This document shows, one piece after another, positions 1 to 12,784 of a DNA stretch of 64,000 bases. A model generated the notes under the pieces. The model ran no database searches. It was given only the letters and a program-made list of their open reading frames with translations, and was not told where the DNA came from. The stretch spans positions 50,232,685-50,296,684 of the forward strand of contig NC_068997.1 of the NCBI RefSeq assembly GCF_001194135.2. The letters are read 5' to 3'. A program made the translations under genes and the position numbers. Position 1 is the first letter of the stretch. Each line of letters begins with the position of its first letter. This DNA is from Octopus bimaculoides (taxonomy: Eukaryota).

Positions 1-335
1 CGATCATTTACTCCAACCCTGAAGCATAAAATATTTGGTCCGTGTTATGAGGAGAAAACTGTGAAACAGTAAATAACAAAGTAAAATAAATGAATTAATG
101 TTAACTTACTGATTGGAAATGTAACTCATTAGAATTCATAATTCATGTCTCTTCATTAATTTCTTAATTTCCTTCATTATCATCTTCTTCATCATTTTAC
201 CATCCAGTTTTCCATGTTTGCATGAGCCAGGTGTTTAGTGAGGCAGACTTTCTACAACCAGATGCTCTTCCTGTTGCCAACCCATCACCTGTTTCCATGC
301 AGTAATAATCCCCCATGGTTAACCAGGACTTGAAG

Positions 336-900
336 GCAATTTAGAAGCTTGCTGTACAGTAAAGTATTGAGCTAAACTGGACAAAATTGCTACAGAAACT
401 TATGAAATGCTTCAGATTGCATGTGGATTAACTTGTATTAGACAAGATTCTGTTTTTTGCTAGCACAAGAAGCCAGGCAAAGCAGATCCACCAGGAAGCT
501 TATAACATTCAGCTTGTTTGACAGCAAGGGCATCATCTACACTCACTGGGTTCCCTCTAGTCAGATGCTCCACAAAGAGTACTTTGTGGAGGTTTTGAAG
601 GAGTTCAGGAAGAGATTTTGTAGCAAAAGGCCAGAGTACCTGTACCAGGGCAATACACTAAGTCCACATTTCCATCCTAGTGACCAATTATTTGACAAAG
701 ATGAACATCAAAACTGTACGTAAAGCCTCCCTACAGTCCCTGTGACTTCTGGTTGCTCCTTGAGCTGAAGAAGATGAAGGAGGCTGTGACAAGTGTCCTG
801 GACACTCTTACTTTGGAGGACTTCACAAGTGCATTAAAGTCAGTGGAACCCACTTTGAAAGAGATTAGAGTTCTGTACTCCTTTGAAATTAATAACTGAC
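336..900 (+). mobile_element. Internally deleted, decayed mariner (DD34D-type) transposase remnant
   Basis: Fragments: N-terminal HTH (KLDKIATETYEMLQIACG), then ARQSRS..FDSKGIIYTHWVP..KEYFVEVLKEFRKRFCSKRPE, then PPYSP/CDFWLL and KCIKVSGTHFERD*. Stops and deletions separate the blocks. Confidence 0.85.
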
Positions 901-1457
901 AGTCCTGAAAATGTTTCAAGACTTCTAGAACACACTTTGCATATCCCTCATCTGCAAGTTGCAAACTTGTGTTAATTTAAAAGATTTTTATTAACAACAC
1001 AGATTACCAGGGCAGTGGTGTATCAAATTAATTGTATTGCATTAATTCATTTTGCTTCTGTGTTAAATTTCTGCTTGAACCATTTTCAATTTTGCTCCCT
1101 CAAGAACTCATAAAATAATGCCTGTAATACACACTCTGAAGGCAGGTGAATTGTTCACTGAGTTTTTCCTTCTGCCAACAGTAAGGTGTGAATTGAGGGA
1201 GATTTGGCTGCTGTTTAATATCTCAAACAACTGTCTCGAGGTTCCTTATTTGACTTCTTTTCTGTTAGAAGACACTTTTGTGGAGAATTAATTAGAAGTG
1301 TTGATGATAGCAAGTTCTAAGAATGTGATAGCACAAGATCGATACACCAGAATGTATGTAGGTATGCTGTATTCCTGATCAGTCCAATCCAGATCAGCAT
1401 AGAGGAGATGGTGATGCTAGCTTATACATATTTTATTCATTATTACACAAACATTTA

Positions 1458-1489
<32 letters not shown>

Positions 1490-2132
1490 TATATATTTTT
1501 TTTGTTTGTTTATTGTAGGAACTTTTGTGGAAGCCCTGGCTTCATCTGATGAAGATTAATGATACTGAATACGTAGTGAATACAGAATTGCCTTAAGGGG
1601 TAAGGATATTTGTATGCTTTATTATGTTAGAATAAAGTAACCCCACCCATGTTCAATTACACAATAGATATCAATGGCACATTGAATAAGAACGGAATGG
1701 ATGAACAAACTTTGTTCTTCAGTAGATTGTTAGGACACAGGGTTCTATAATGATATAAATTGTTTGAGATGGGAATCATTGCAGTTGGCTGATGTTTATA
1801 TAATGCCATCAACACACATGAAAATTGGAACCTGTTTTGTTTTTGTTATTTTATTTTATTTTATTTTAAAAACCATAGAAAATGCTGATAGTGTAGGGTT
1901 CAATGACATCGAATATTTGAAAACAATTCACAAAACTCAAATGTGACTTTTTATATCATTTTTAAAATTTACTTTGAGGATTTAAGTGGGTTTTTTTTTT
2001 TCTTCCAAATCTTTAATCAATGACTGCCCCAACATCATTTGCAGCAGTTTCAGTTAAATTTCTTTGACTTTCATTTTATCAATGATCTAATTCTGTTGTT
2101 GGTTGCTGTGAATTTTACAGTCTTGTGGCTTT

Positions 2133-2311
2133 GTGAGTGGGCCCTCAGCTATGTTAGTGGGCTCTTGGCTATGTCAGTAGGTCCTTGACTTTGGTCATTG
2201 GGCCTTTGACTATATCAGAAGGCACCTAACTTTGTCAGTGGGCCCTTGGCTTTATCAATGGACCATTGATTATATCATTAGGTCTTTACTTTATCAGGGG
2301 CCTCTGAATGT
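2133..2311. repeat. Diverged 20-bp minisatellite, about 9 copies (consensus about RTCAGTGGGCCCTTGRCTWT)
   Basis: Units read directly, e.g. gttagtgggctcttggctat / gtcagtaggtccttgacttt / gtcagtgggcccttggcttt, with a 19-21 nt period. Confidence 0.85.
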
Positions 2312-2368
2312 GGTAGTATTTCCAATTTAGAGATTGATTTAATTCATTCTTAATAATGTATTCTAGAA

Positions 2369-2618
2369 CAGGGGTTTTCAAACTTTTTGACTTGCGGACC
2401 CCTTTATATTTCAGGCTTTACCTTAGGGACCTCCTTATAAACACTTAGGAAATTTATACATAAATATTTGCTTAAAATAACATATATTTTTACATTTATT
2501 TATTTAACAGTATTTAACAAATAGGTTTATTGTCAATTAAAAGATTTCAATTAAAAAACATATATAAAATCAAATTACCCATAAAAAGTATTTGCGGACC
2601 ACAGTTTGAAAACCCCTG
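2369..2618. mobile_element. hAT (Charlie-like) MITE, 250 bp, with a perfect 8-bp target-site duplication (TSD)
   Basis: Terminal inverted repeats (TIRs) CAGGGGTTTTCAAACT...AGTTTGAAAACCCCTG. TTCTAGAA is duplicated at 2361-2368 and 2619-2626. Confidence 0.92.
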
Positions 2619-3124
2619 TTCTAGAATATTATTATCAGAAAGTTTGAGGCCTTGTGATTATATGTGACACGTTAACTGTGAGGCACAGGTGCTGGACTAC
2701 AGGTTAGTTTAAATAAAGTTTAAATCTTACTACAACCAATTAATATTAGTTCATGACTTCATTTGCTCCCGTTCGAATGGTCAGTGATTGGAAAGATGCC
2801 ATCATCATCAATATTTTTAATATCTGCTTTTCCATGCTTGCATGAATCAGATGAAATTTGTTGAAGCAGATTTTCTACAGTTGGATGTCCTTCCAGATGC
2901 CAACCTTCACCTGTGTCCAAGCAAGGGAATATTTTCTCGTGAATAGATGTGTTCTCATCGAAGATTGAACACAAATGGCCCCCACTTATATGAGGATGAC
3001 ACTTATTTACTACTATATAAGTATCACATGGTTTCTAGACATGGAAATACAAACACACACACACACACACATTTATATATAATCATCTTATATATTTATT
3101 TCATATATTTTCTGTCTTTTTACC

Positions 3125-3415
3125 ATACTCTAACCTCTCATCACCAAGCACAAAGTCACTTCTCTCAATACCACTCTCCACTCGGTTGAGGGGTCTTGTC
3201 TTGCAAGGTGCTTGGCAACCTCACTCAATGGTACTAGCGCCAAGTTAAAAAGCACCCCTTACACCTTGTAAGGTGTGTTGGTGTTAGGAAGGGTATCCAG
3301 CTGTAGAAACCATGCCAAAGCAGACAGTTGAGCTTGGCACAGTCTTCTGAATTGCTGGCTCCTGTCAAACCGTCCAACCCATGGAAGGCAGACGTTAAAT
3401 GATGATGATGGTGAT
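3125..3415 (+). mobile_element. Short element carrying the RTE-type 3' tail (aggaagggcatccagctgtagaaa...ttaaatgatgatgatg)
   Basis: This tail recurs in dozens of copies on both strands in the window (e.g. 2770-2900 minus, 13460-13580, 38430-38650, 45290-45440 minus, 58960-59140) and ends in (GAT)n. Confidence 0.75.
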
Positions 3416-3867
3416 ACTTAACTATTGTTTCGTCCAATTGATGATGCCTCTGAGTAACTAATCTTGGTGATTTATATTTTTAAACGGGGGGAGGCCTATT
3501 AAATTCCTACTCGATCACAAGAGGAAAATTCTTTGGCCAAGTTAATAAAGTGTACGACTTGTGGTTGAGAGTTCATATTCCCTCCTCACTGGCATGATGC
3601 CATGTCTATCACCAAGACAACCTTCCATCTAGTTCTATCAACAACATCCACCAAGCTGTGAATAAGTACCATGTAAGGAGTGGGAGAAACTATAAGATAA
3701 CTGAGTGTTTCATTATCTGACACCACAAAGTTTAAGTCTGAGCCACAGTAGAGATGCTTCACACTGCTCTATTATTTCAGTCAATCCTCTCATTACCATG
3801 ACTAACTGCACTCAATATAAATAGATCAATACCTTTTTTTTTTTTTTTTTCTTAAATATTCTCCACG

Positions 3868-4330
3868 GCACAGACATGGCTGTGTGGGTAAGAAGCTTGC
3901 TGCCCAACCCTGTGGTCTCGAATTCAGTCCTGTTGCGCAGCACCTCAGGCAAAGGTCTTGTACTATAGCCCCTAGTTGATCAAAGACTTGTGAGTGAAAC
4001 TGGTAGAGAGCAACTGCAGAAAGCCCATCATATATATATATGTGTGTGTGTGTGGGTGTATCTATGCATGTGTGTGCATGTCTTTGTGTTGGTGTTGTGT
4101 TTCTTCTTCTCTCCCCCTCCCCCCACACACACTGCTGCTTGACAACCAGTGTTGGTTTGTTTGCATCCCTGTAACCTAGCAGCTCAGCAAAAGAGACTGC
4201 TAGAATAAGTACCAAACTTTAAAATAAAAGTATAAATCCTGCAGATGATTTGTTCCACTAAAACCCTTCAAGGCACTGCCCCAGCATGGCCACAGTCCAA
4301 TGAATGAATGAATGAAATGCGTAAAAGAAG
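3868..4330 (+). mobile_element. tRNA-derived SINE, family A (decayed)
   Basis: The head ggctgtgtggtaagaagcttgc...ttcagtcc, the internal (TA/TG)n and the tail ccccagcatggccacagtc are shared with the 9946-10364 copy. Confidence 0.8.
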
Positions 4331-7078
4331 AAAAAAATTATTGAACTTCCATCTTTATATTCCTCCGTCCCGTTCCAAACCCAGGTGGCTGCTGCTGCTG
4401 CTACAACAAGCTCCTATGTTTCCTCTGCAGGAAATGAAGTCTGTTAAACACCTCATTATTTCCTAGAGTCTTTTCGCTGCTTGATACATTGATATGGGAC
4501 AAGGGATGCTTTGTCCAATGTTATGCTTCACCTACCTTTTTTATTTATTTTCTAATTTTATTTATTTATTTATATGTTAATATCATGCATTCTGTAAACA
4601 ATAGAGGGTCATTGATTTTAAGTTTTCAAATAACCACTCATGGGTTTGCCACAAATGTAGTGAACCGTCCACTAGTTCATTGCATGGCAAAACCGACAAG
4701 GGACTGCCTGGACAACTTGGATGAAATATATACTGCAAGATACTTCTGTTTGAACATGTCTGTTTATTGTTTTATCTCGTCAGTGTTCATTGGCAAAAAA
4801 TATACGTGTTTGTGTATGCGACTGGCTTCTTTGCTGTAAGTGTCTACCAATTTCCCCCCTGCAAAGTATTTGTAGAAAACACTTGCCCAAGGTGCTGCAC
4901 AGTGGGGGCCAAACCCAGAGCCATGTGTTTGTTAAGCAAACTTCCAAACCAACAACTCTCTCTCTCTCTCTCTCTCTCTCACGATACTCACTTATCTCTG
5001 AATCAAATATATCTTTATCAAGCACAAAAGTTCTCCAGCCTACTTAAGATTTTTGGCACTTGTATTGGGATTTCTATCAGGATTTCCTGGAATCTTTCTT
5101 CAACAGATTTGTCACTCAAAATATCTGGAATCTTTCGTCACTCAAAATATCTGCTTGCCTTTCCTCTTTCAGAAGAGGGATGGACATTAGAATATGTACC
5201 TGTAATGCACTGAGAATCATATAATCTCCTTTATCTCTCCTCCCAAAATTAGCTGCTTTATGCATAAGAAATCCTTTTTTTTTTTTTTTTTTAAAGGTTA
5301 TGGTATTGAAAGGTATAGCATTCCTATTTAAAACCCTTTTTTGATGGGAATGGGGACAGGAAATATAGGACCCATCTCATTAAGCATTGCAAACTAGCTC
5401 TCTCTCTCTCTCTCTGCTGTGACAAGTGACAGAGCTTCCCACTTCACAAGGCATAGCACCCTGTTTGTTGCTGGGTAGATAATCTGAGTCAGTTCTTACT
5501 TAGAACACAGAGATAACCAATAAAACCATTTGAGATCAATCTATAGATAGAGCACTCTTGTATATAAGATGTCCATCAAGTTAGCATGTGTTTTGCAAAG
5601 CACCATGTACTTTCTCTCTAGCAAGACAGCTGTGTCTGTCCATCTATGATACTTTAGCCTCTCGACACCTGTATTACATCACCTCCCTCTCTACTCCACA
5701 CCTACTCAGGTGAGTGTCTTTTCTTTGTCAAGCAAATTACTTGACCCCCCCCCCCATCAAATATTAGTCCCATGAAACAAAAACACAGTACACTATGTAA
5801 AATGGCTGACATTAGGAAAGGCATCCAGCTATAGAAACCCTAACCCAAAACAGATATTGGAGCTGAACGCAGTCCTGCAGTTTGTTGGATCCTGTCAAAC
5901 CATTCAAGGCAGAAGTTAAATGATGATTAATGAAGATCTATGCTTTGTGGAACAGCTTCATTTATTGTTTTTGTTTTAGGTACTTCAAGGAGAGACCTTC
6001 AACAAGTTTGTTCAGCCTGCCGGAAATAGTAGCCAAATTTTGGTTATGTTATTACTCTACCATTGTGAAAGAAAAAAGGAAGAAAACATTGAAAATGTTG
6101 TCCTAGATATGTTATTGTATATTAAAAAAAAAGACTGGATGGATGGTCATCATTGGCATGCCTTTCGTTTATAGATCTACACATTCAAACCAAGAATTTA
6201 GATATTTCACAATGTATGCAGTTAGTTTATTTCCACCTGTTAGCTTTAGATAAGATCAACTAATAACTACTGCAATGTATTTCATTTTGTCAAAAATTAT
6301 TAGTTGATATTATTGGAGTTATCTCCCTTACTTGTCAAATTTAGATTTTTAAACACTCTATGGAGGAAGATTTTGTCTTGTAATTTCAAGAAAAGCCTCA
6401 GTCAATCAGGGTTTATCAACTCGCTATATTACATAAGTGAGATTGCCAAGTGTACATGTTACATATGCATGCATACATACATCATTTGAACCTCCACCTT
6501 TCCAAGCTTGCATGGGTCAAATGGAATGTTTTGAGGCAAGTTTTCTGTGGCTGGATGCCCTTCCTGTTGCTAATGGTCGCCTATTTCCAGCCAAGCTAAT
6601 ATTTCTCCATGGCTAGACATGTTTTTTTTTTTCATGGAAGAACTAGAAACAAACAACATCAATTGCATAATGGTGACATTTGTTTACAATCATCACATGA
6701 TATCAAGACAAAGATATATACTCATACATACATATGTGACAGGCTTCTTTTAGTTTCCGTCTACCAAATCCACTCCTTAGGCTTTGGTCAACTTGGAAGT
6801 ATAATAGACAACTGCCCAAAGTGCCATGCAGTGGGACTGAACCTAAAACCACATGGTTGGGTACGAAGCTTCTTAACCACACTGCCATACTCGTGCCTCT
6901 CGTATATATCTATATATATTGTCCATCACAATGCTCAATAATTGACAAGACTTTTCTTCATCCTGTTGTTGACATACTTCTATTCCATTCTCTCCTTTAT
7001 CTCCAGCTAAAATCTCTTCAGCTTGTTTTTCTGTCTATTGTTTATGTTTGTTCTTGCATCTGTGATTTTGTTGTTGCC

Positions 7079-7115
<37 letters not shown>

Positions 7116-8977
7116 CTCCCCCTTCCCCCGCTCCCCTCTCTTACCAGCGACTCTCTGTTTATGGCGTCTCTCGCACCAGCCTCTCCTTCATCTCTCAATG
7201 GCACTTCACCGACCTCTCCTTTATCTGTCACTAATGTCTCTGTAGTCGCTCCTTCATTTGTCATGAATATCTCCCCTGTTTCCACTGTCACCTTTCTCTC
7301 CCTATCTTGCTGATAAAACACTTTACTAAAGTGGGAAAATAACTTCAGTAACACACACACATACACACACACATATTTACAGACGCACGCACTCACACAT
7401 ACAGGCACCTACTATTCACACACTTAGTTTCTCTTTTTTTTGTTGTTGTTTTTTATTTGCATCACATTATTAAAGCATGCATTTAGAAGCATCTACCTTC
7501 ACACATGTGTGCGCATGCATATATGTATACATTCACACATACAGAAGCGCTCAGGCACACACATGCTTACATACACCTGCACAAATCTGTATGCAGTCGC
7601 ACAAATGCACAATATATTGTCTTTATAGATGTAATTTATCTAATGGATGCTAAGCACTTTTTAATTTCTATCTCTTCAATTCATATTTTTATTTTCCTGA
7701 GATAAATTCCTTCTTAACCTCTAATATATTAACATAATTCTCTTGTCGTTGTCGACAATTTTGTCTTCATTTTGTTTTATGCTTACTTTTCTTTGTTACT
7801 GTTTCTTATCACCACCACTGCCACCACCACCACCACATATTTCTTTCTTTCTTTCTTTTTTGCAAAGTACTTGTTGCTTCCTCTCCTCTTCTTTCTACCA
7901 TCCCATATGTACCCATAAAAATTACAACTCATCTCAGAGCTCGGTTGTGCCTGACTGGCATCCGTCGAAAGCCCTACGCTGAAACAGTTTCTGTTAATCA
8001 ATAGCTTTTACCACCGACAGATCGACTTTCTTGTTGTTTTGCAGACCAACTCCTCCTCCTCATTCTTAAATAGCATCAGTGTAGTAGCAGCAGTTGCAGC
8101 AGCAGTAGTAGTAGTAGTAGTAGTTAACAGCAGCAGTAACAGCAGCACCAACAACAGGCTTGTCACAGTGCATCTAGTCTTTGAGTCTTTTTTCTCTCTT
8201 GTCATTTTCTAGTTGCTCTGCCAGTCATTTGTACTGAGAACTGAGTAGTAAGCTTACAGTTTGCTTTGTGTGTGTGTATGTGTGTGTATGAATAGGACAT
8301 GAAATAATGTTTCTATATGCTGAGTTTTTTGTTTGTTTGTTTGTTTGTTTGTCGCTGGAACAATGAAGACCCTGGGCTGCTAAGCTTGTTTCTTCCTAAC
8401 TGCATCTGATGAATTGTAATGTCCCGCACTTAACTATTGTAAATGAGCAGTTTTGTCTCACCACCGAGCTTGTTGTTGTCGTCGTCGTTGTTATAAAGTG
8501 ACTGCAATAGTGGGGCATCGGACTGAATGAATGCTCTGCAGTGTTTCTGTGTCCTCCCCTCCCACCCCCTTCTTCATTCTCAGTTCAGATACAGAGAGGG
8601 AGATGGTGGTGAAGCAGGTAATAACACAAGGTACCAGTCATATACTGTGACAGATTAAATCAAACTATACTTCTTCCTCAGAATTTGAAGTCTTGCAACA
8701 AAGCTGTAAATCTACTATTATTACTACTACTACTGCTGCTGCTGCTGTTAGTATTACTACTACCATTACCAACACTATTCAACTACTAGCAATAACCATA
8801 TCTTGGGGCAGCACCTGACGCTTAATACTTTACAGTATGTAGTTTTGCTACATTTTGAATTCAAGTTCTGCCACAGTTGAATATACCTTTTATTTCTAGG
8901 GTCCAAGCTAAGCAACTTCAATCCTTCTCCTACAAAACATAGGTAGTGTGCCGAGTCAAAAAAAATTATTATTATTG

Positions 8978-9178
8978 AGGCAGCAAGCTGGGCAAAAATG
9001 CTTAGTAGCATTTCGTCTGTCTTTATGGTCTGAGTTCAAATTCCGCCAGGGTTGACCTTGCCTTTCATCCTTTTGGGGTTGATAAAATAAGTACCAGTTG
9101 AGTACTGGAGTCGGTGCAATTGACTTACCCCCTCCTCAGAATTGGTGGCCCGTGTGCCAAAATTTGAAACTATCATTA
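8978..9178 (+). mobile_element. SINE family C (ggcagcaagctgg...gagttcaaattccgcc...gataaaataagtaccag), inside an (ATT)n tract
   Basis: Homologous to copies at about 17870-18030, 23270-23460 (-), 24165-24340, 47485-47670 (-) and the 60470-61630 cluster. Confidence 0.8.
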
Positions 9179-9945
9179 CTATTATTATTATTATTATTAT
9201 TATTAAGACTGAGCTGGCAGAATTTTTTTTGTACAATGGACATGAAGTACCAATCAAGTACAGGGGCTTATGGTTTTGGTCCTCCCTTCAAAATTGCTAA
9301 CCTTGAACCTAAATTAAAAATAAATTATTTGTTAATATATATATACACACATACACACATATATGTGGAACCTTGAGTAAGTGCTTCTTACTATAGTCCC
9401 TGGTCAACCAAAGCTTTCTGGGTAGTTATGGTAGATGGAAACTGAAAGAAGCCTATTGTGAGTGTGTGTATGTTTGTATCTCTTTGTCTTATCACGTGGT
9501 GGTTTTAAATGAGTGTAGCTGTCATAAAGCAGCAGCATCCATTTGTAATACTCTGTGTAAACATGTCTGACTATGGGGAAATATTACCTTGCTTGGAGAC
9601 GGGAGGGTTGGTGAAAGGATGGGCATCCAGCCATAGACAATCTGCCTCAATAAACTATAATTTTGTAAAACTTTATTCATATCTTGCCTGTACAGTTAAT
9701 GAAATTAATCTGGAAAATCTAGATCAGCCATTTCTGTCTTTTCTTTAAGAATGTGGATTTGCTCAAGGTTATTGTAAACAAAACATTTGGTGACATAAGT
9801 AACGATAGCATTGATTACACATATGAAGTGAAACTCTGACCAATGGTTTTGTTCGTCCATTTTCTTGTATTCACTATAACTACATTCACTAATTCAAACC
9901 TATCATCAAAGGACAATAGCTATAGATTTTATTTAAACTCAGTGT

Positions 9946-10364
9946 AGGCGTAGGAGTGGCTGTGTGGTAAGTAGCTTGCTTACCAACCACGTGGTTCCAG
10001 GTTCAGTCCCACTGTGTGACACCTTGGGCCAGTGTCTTCTACTAAAAGCCTCGGGCCGACCAAAGCCTTGTGAGTGGATTTGGTAGACGGAAACTGAATG
10101 AAGCCCGTCGTATATATGTATATATATATATATATATACATATGTATGCGTGTGTATATGTTTGTGCGTCTGTATTTGTCCCCCACCAACATCGCTTGAC
10201 AACCGATGCTGGTGTGTTTACGTCCCCGTAACTTAGCAGTTCAGCAAAAGAGACTGATAGAATAAGTACTAGGCTTACAAAGAATATGTCCTGGGGTTGA
10301 TTTGCTCGACTAAAGACGGTGCTCCAGTATGGCCACAGTCAAATGACTGAAACAGGTAAAAGAG
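9946..10364 (+). mobile_element. tRNA-derived SINE, family A, best-preserved full-length copy
   Basis: A-box-like (tggctgtgtggtaag) and B-box-like (ggttcagtcc) head, CpG-retaining body and a tail ending gactgaaacaggtaaaaga. Further copies at about 15245-15590, 22845-23195, 31588-31945, 33490-33812 (-), 38190-38360 and 62000-62210. Octopus tRNA-derived SINE families are established, but I cannot assign this copy to one. Confidence 0.88.
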
Positions 10365-10374
10365 TGTATTTACA

Positions 10375-10515
10375 TGTATCGTCATGACCTTAGATAGCCT
10401 GACCTTAGATATTCTCTTTGAGGGTTTTGAATTGGTGCATGTGTCTGTGCATGAAACCATAGCTGTAACTTGCAAGCAAACAACATGTCTTGGTAGTCTG
10501 TACAGCACTTTTGCT
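10375..10515 (-). mobile_element. RTE LINE reverse-transcriptase fragment
   Basis: The minus-strand peptide ...VVCLQVTAM...ISKVRL aligns with the same region of the 43200-43480 RTE remnant (VVSKVRL). Confidence 0.55.
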
Positions 10516-10529
10516 AAATTGTTTTAGGT

Positions 10530-10782
10530 TGCTATGTAGTTGCAAACAAACAGAGGCACCCTCTCGGCCCTCCCAGTTGGGTTACCCAACAGAGCATCAA
10601 TGATATGACTGCTTGAGGGCGAGTGGGCTGCACCACCACTCAGCTGGTACTCATTTTCAGCTGAGTAGCTTGAAGCAGTGTGAAATAAAGAGCCTTGCTG
10701 AAGGACACAACATTCCACCCAACCCAGGAATTGAACCCACAACCTTACAATGGTGAGCCCTACATTCTGACCACTAGACCAT
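10530..10782 (-). mobile_element. tRNA-derived SINE of a further family
   Basis: The minus strand has the head tggtctagtggtcagaatg...gggttcaattcctgg, followed by gtgtccttcagcaaggctctttatttcacactgc...actcagctgaaaatgagt, a body shared with family D copies. Confidence 0.7.
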
Positions 10783-10784
10783 GT

Positions 10785-10874
10785 ATGTCACACACACACA
10801 CACACACACACACACTTATAATAATGAGCGTGCTTCAGTGTGTGTATGCAAGTATGAGGATAAATGTGTGTGTG

Positions 10875-10927
<53 letters not shown>

Positions 10928-11124
10928 TAATAAATTTATGTATATATACATATATAGTGTATATAAATATGTGTAGTGCATGCAAATGTATATGTAAAAG
11001 AGTTAACACCACTACTCTGTTAAATCTCCTATCTCAAAAGTACTTGGAACAACCGCCTGTAGTACACAACTCCCCCCCAATTCCAGCTCTTCCACCACCA
11101 CCATGTGTATAATTACACCAGAAA

Positions 11125-11217
<93 letters not shown>

Positions 11218-11222
11218 TCACT
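10785..11222. repeat. Microsatellite cluster: (CA)n, (TA)n and a long (CA)n at about 11127-11213
   Basis: Read directly. It explains the H-T, Y-I and C-V repeat ORFs in the track. Confidence 0.95.
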
Positions 11223-12784
11223 CACACTCTCATGGACACCTTGATATATTTCCTGTCTCTTTCTACCACCTCCCCCAAACTAAACCAGCTGACCTTTCAT
11301 TACACTCTTACTGCAGTCTTTGGTGTCAGTTCAACTCTTAGACTTTACTAACATTGCTTCTTTTTCTTCTGAATGAACCTAGAGTTTCTTAAATGTTTGC
11401 TCACCTACAGCATTTGTGGACTTAATAGCTCCAGCTTTTATGGAGTGGGGTGTCTCAGGTAATGTGGGTGTTTTATGAGGAGGGTGGTGGTGGTGGTTTA
11501 TTCTGTCAGCCAATTAGTTCCTTTTAGTTTACTTACAAAGACTTTCATTTAGTTTTTTTGTTTTTTGTTTTTTTGCTTCATGTTCAACTAGAGATTTGCT
11601 GTAACCCTTTTTAATCTTAATAAAAATATTTCTAAATTGAAAGAAAGAATGTGAGAGTGTAGCAACCTAATTGATTCCAGTATTAATTCACTATTATACC
11701 AGAAGGACAAAAGGCAAGGTAAACATTCGAACTGAAAAGTAAATAAAAATCATTTAACATCCCTATACCATGGCATGGGTTGAATGGGTCAACAGAAACT
11801 GACAAGCCAGGGCACTGCATTCAGTTCCAGCCGCTGTTTTCACATTGTTTCTACAGCTGAGGGCTCTTCCTGATGCCAATCATTTTACAGGGCATACCTG
11901 ATGTTTTTTGGGGTTTTTTTTTTTCTTCATGATACCAGCACTAATGAGGTCACCAAATAACTTGCAAGACAAAAACCTCCTGACTGAGTTGGGGTGCAAT
12001 ATTGGGGTGGGTGGATCTGTGCCAGATGTTGAGAGGTTGAAATACTATAGAGGGACAGGAACAGGTGTCTGGCTGTAGAGAAGATCCATAGCCACCCTAG
12101 CTGGAAAGGGAGAAAGGATGGTGCAGTCGAGGTGTCAGGGTATACCCTCAAGGTACAAGAAGATAAGAGTAAGAGAGAATAGAGACAGGGATTGACACTG
12201 TAGTATTGTTTCTGTTGTTCCATTGTCACTCTAGTAAAAAATAAAAATGGTAGGAAACAAAAATACTTTCTGGTATTTAGTTTGTTAGCTTGATTTGTAT
12301 TCAAATCCCAAAGAGTCAACTTTGCATTGTCCCCTTTTTCAAAGTCTATTAAATGTGTACCAGTTAAATACTGGTGTTAACGTAATTCTCTAAACAATGC
12401 GTGACCTTATATTGGAAAATACCATTATAGATAAAATATCATTGTTTTTTATATCATAAATAAAATATCATTGTTTTTGTGTTGGTATTATTATTATTAT
12501 TATTATTATTAATAATAATAATCAACTTAATTTTATATTTGAACACTTGTTTCTCTATATGCACACATACAAAACACAACCACAACACATATCTTCAGAA
12601 GATACTCAAGGCCTATTTTTGTACATAGTAGAATTCCAGATGTGAAGTGACAATATATTTTAACCCTGACAGATTTTGAACTGAGAATCCAAGTAGATGA
12701 AATAAAGAGTTTAAATGCCGTGTATTCTATTAGTTCCGCCTCCTCTTGCATGCATGTATCATCTTGAGAAGGGTGGGCACAGGT

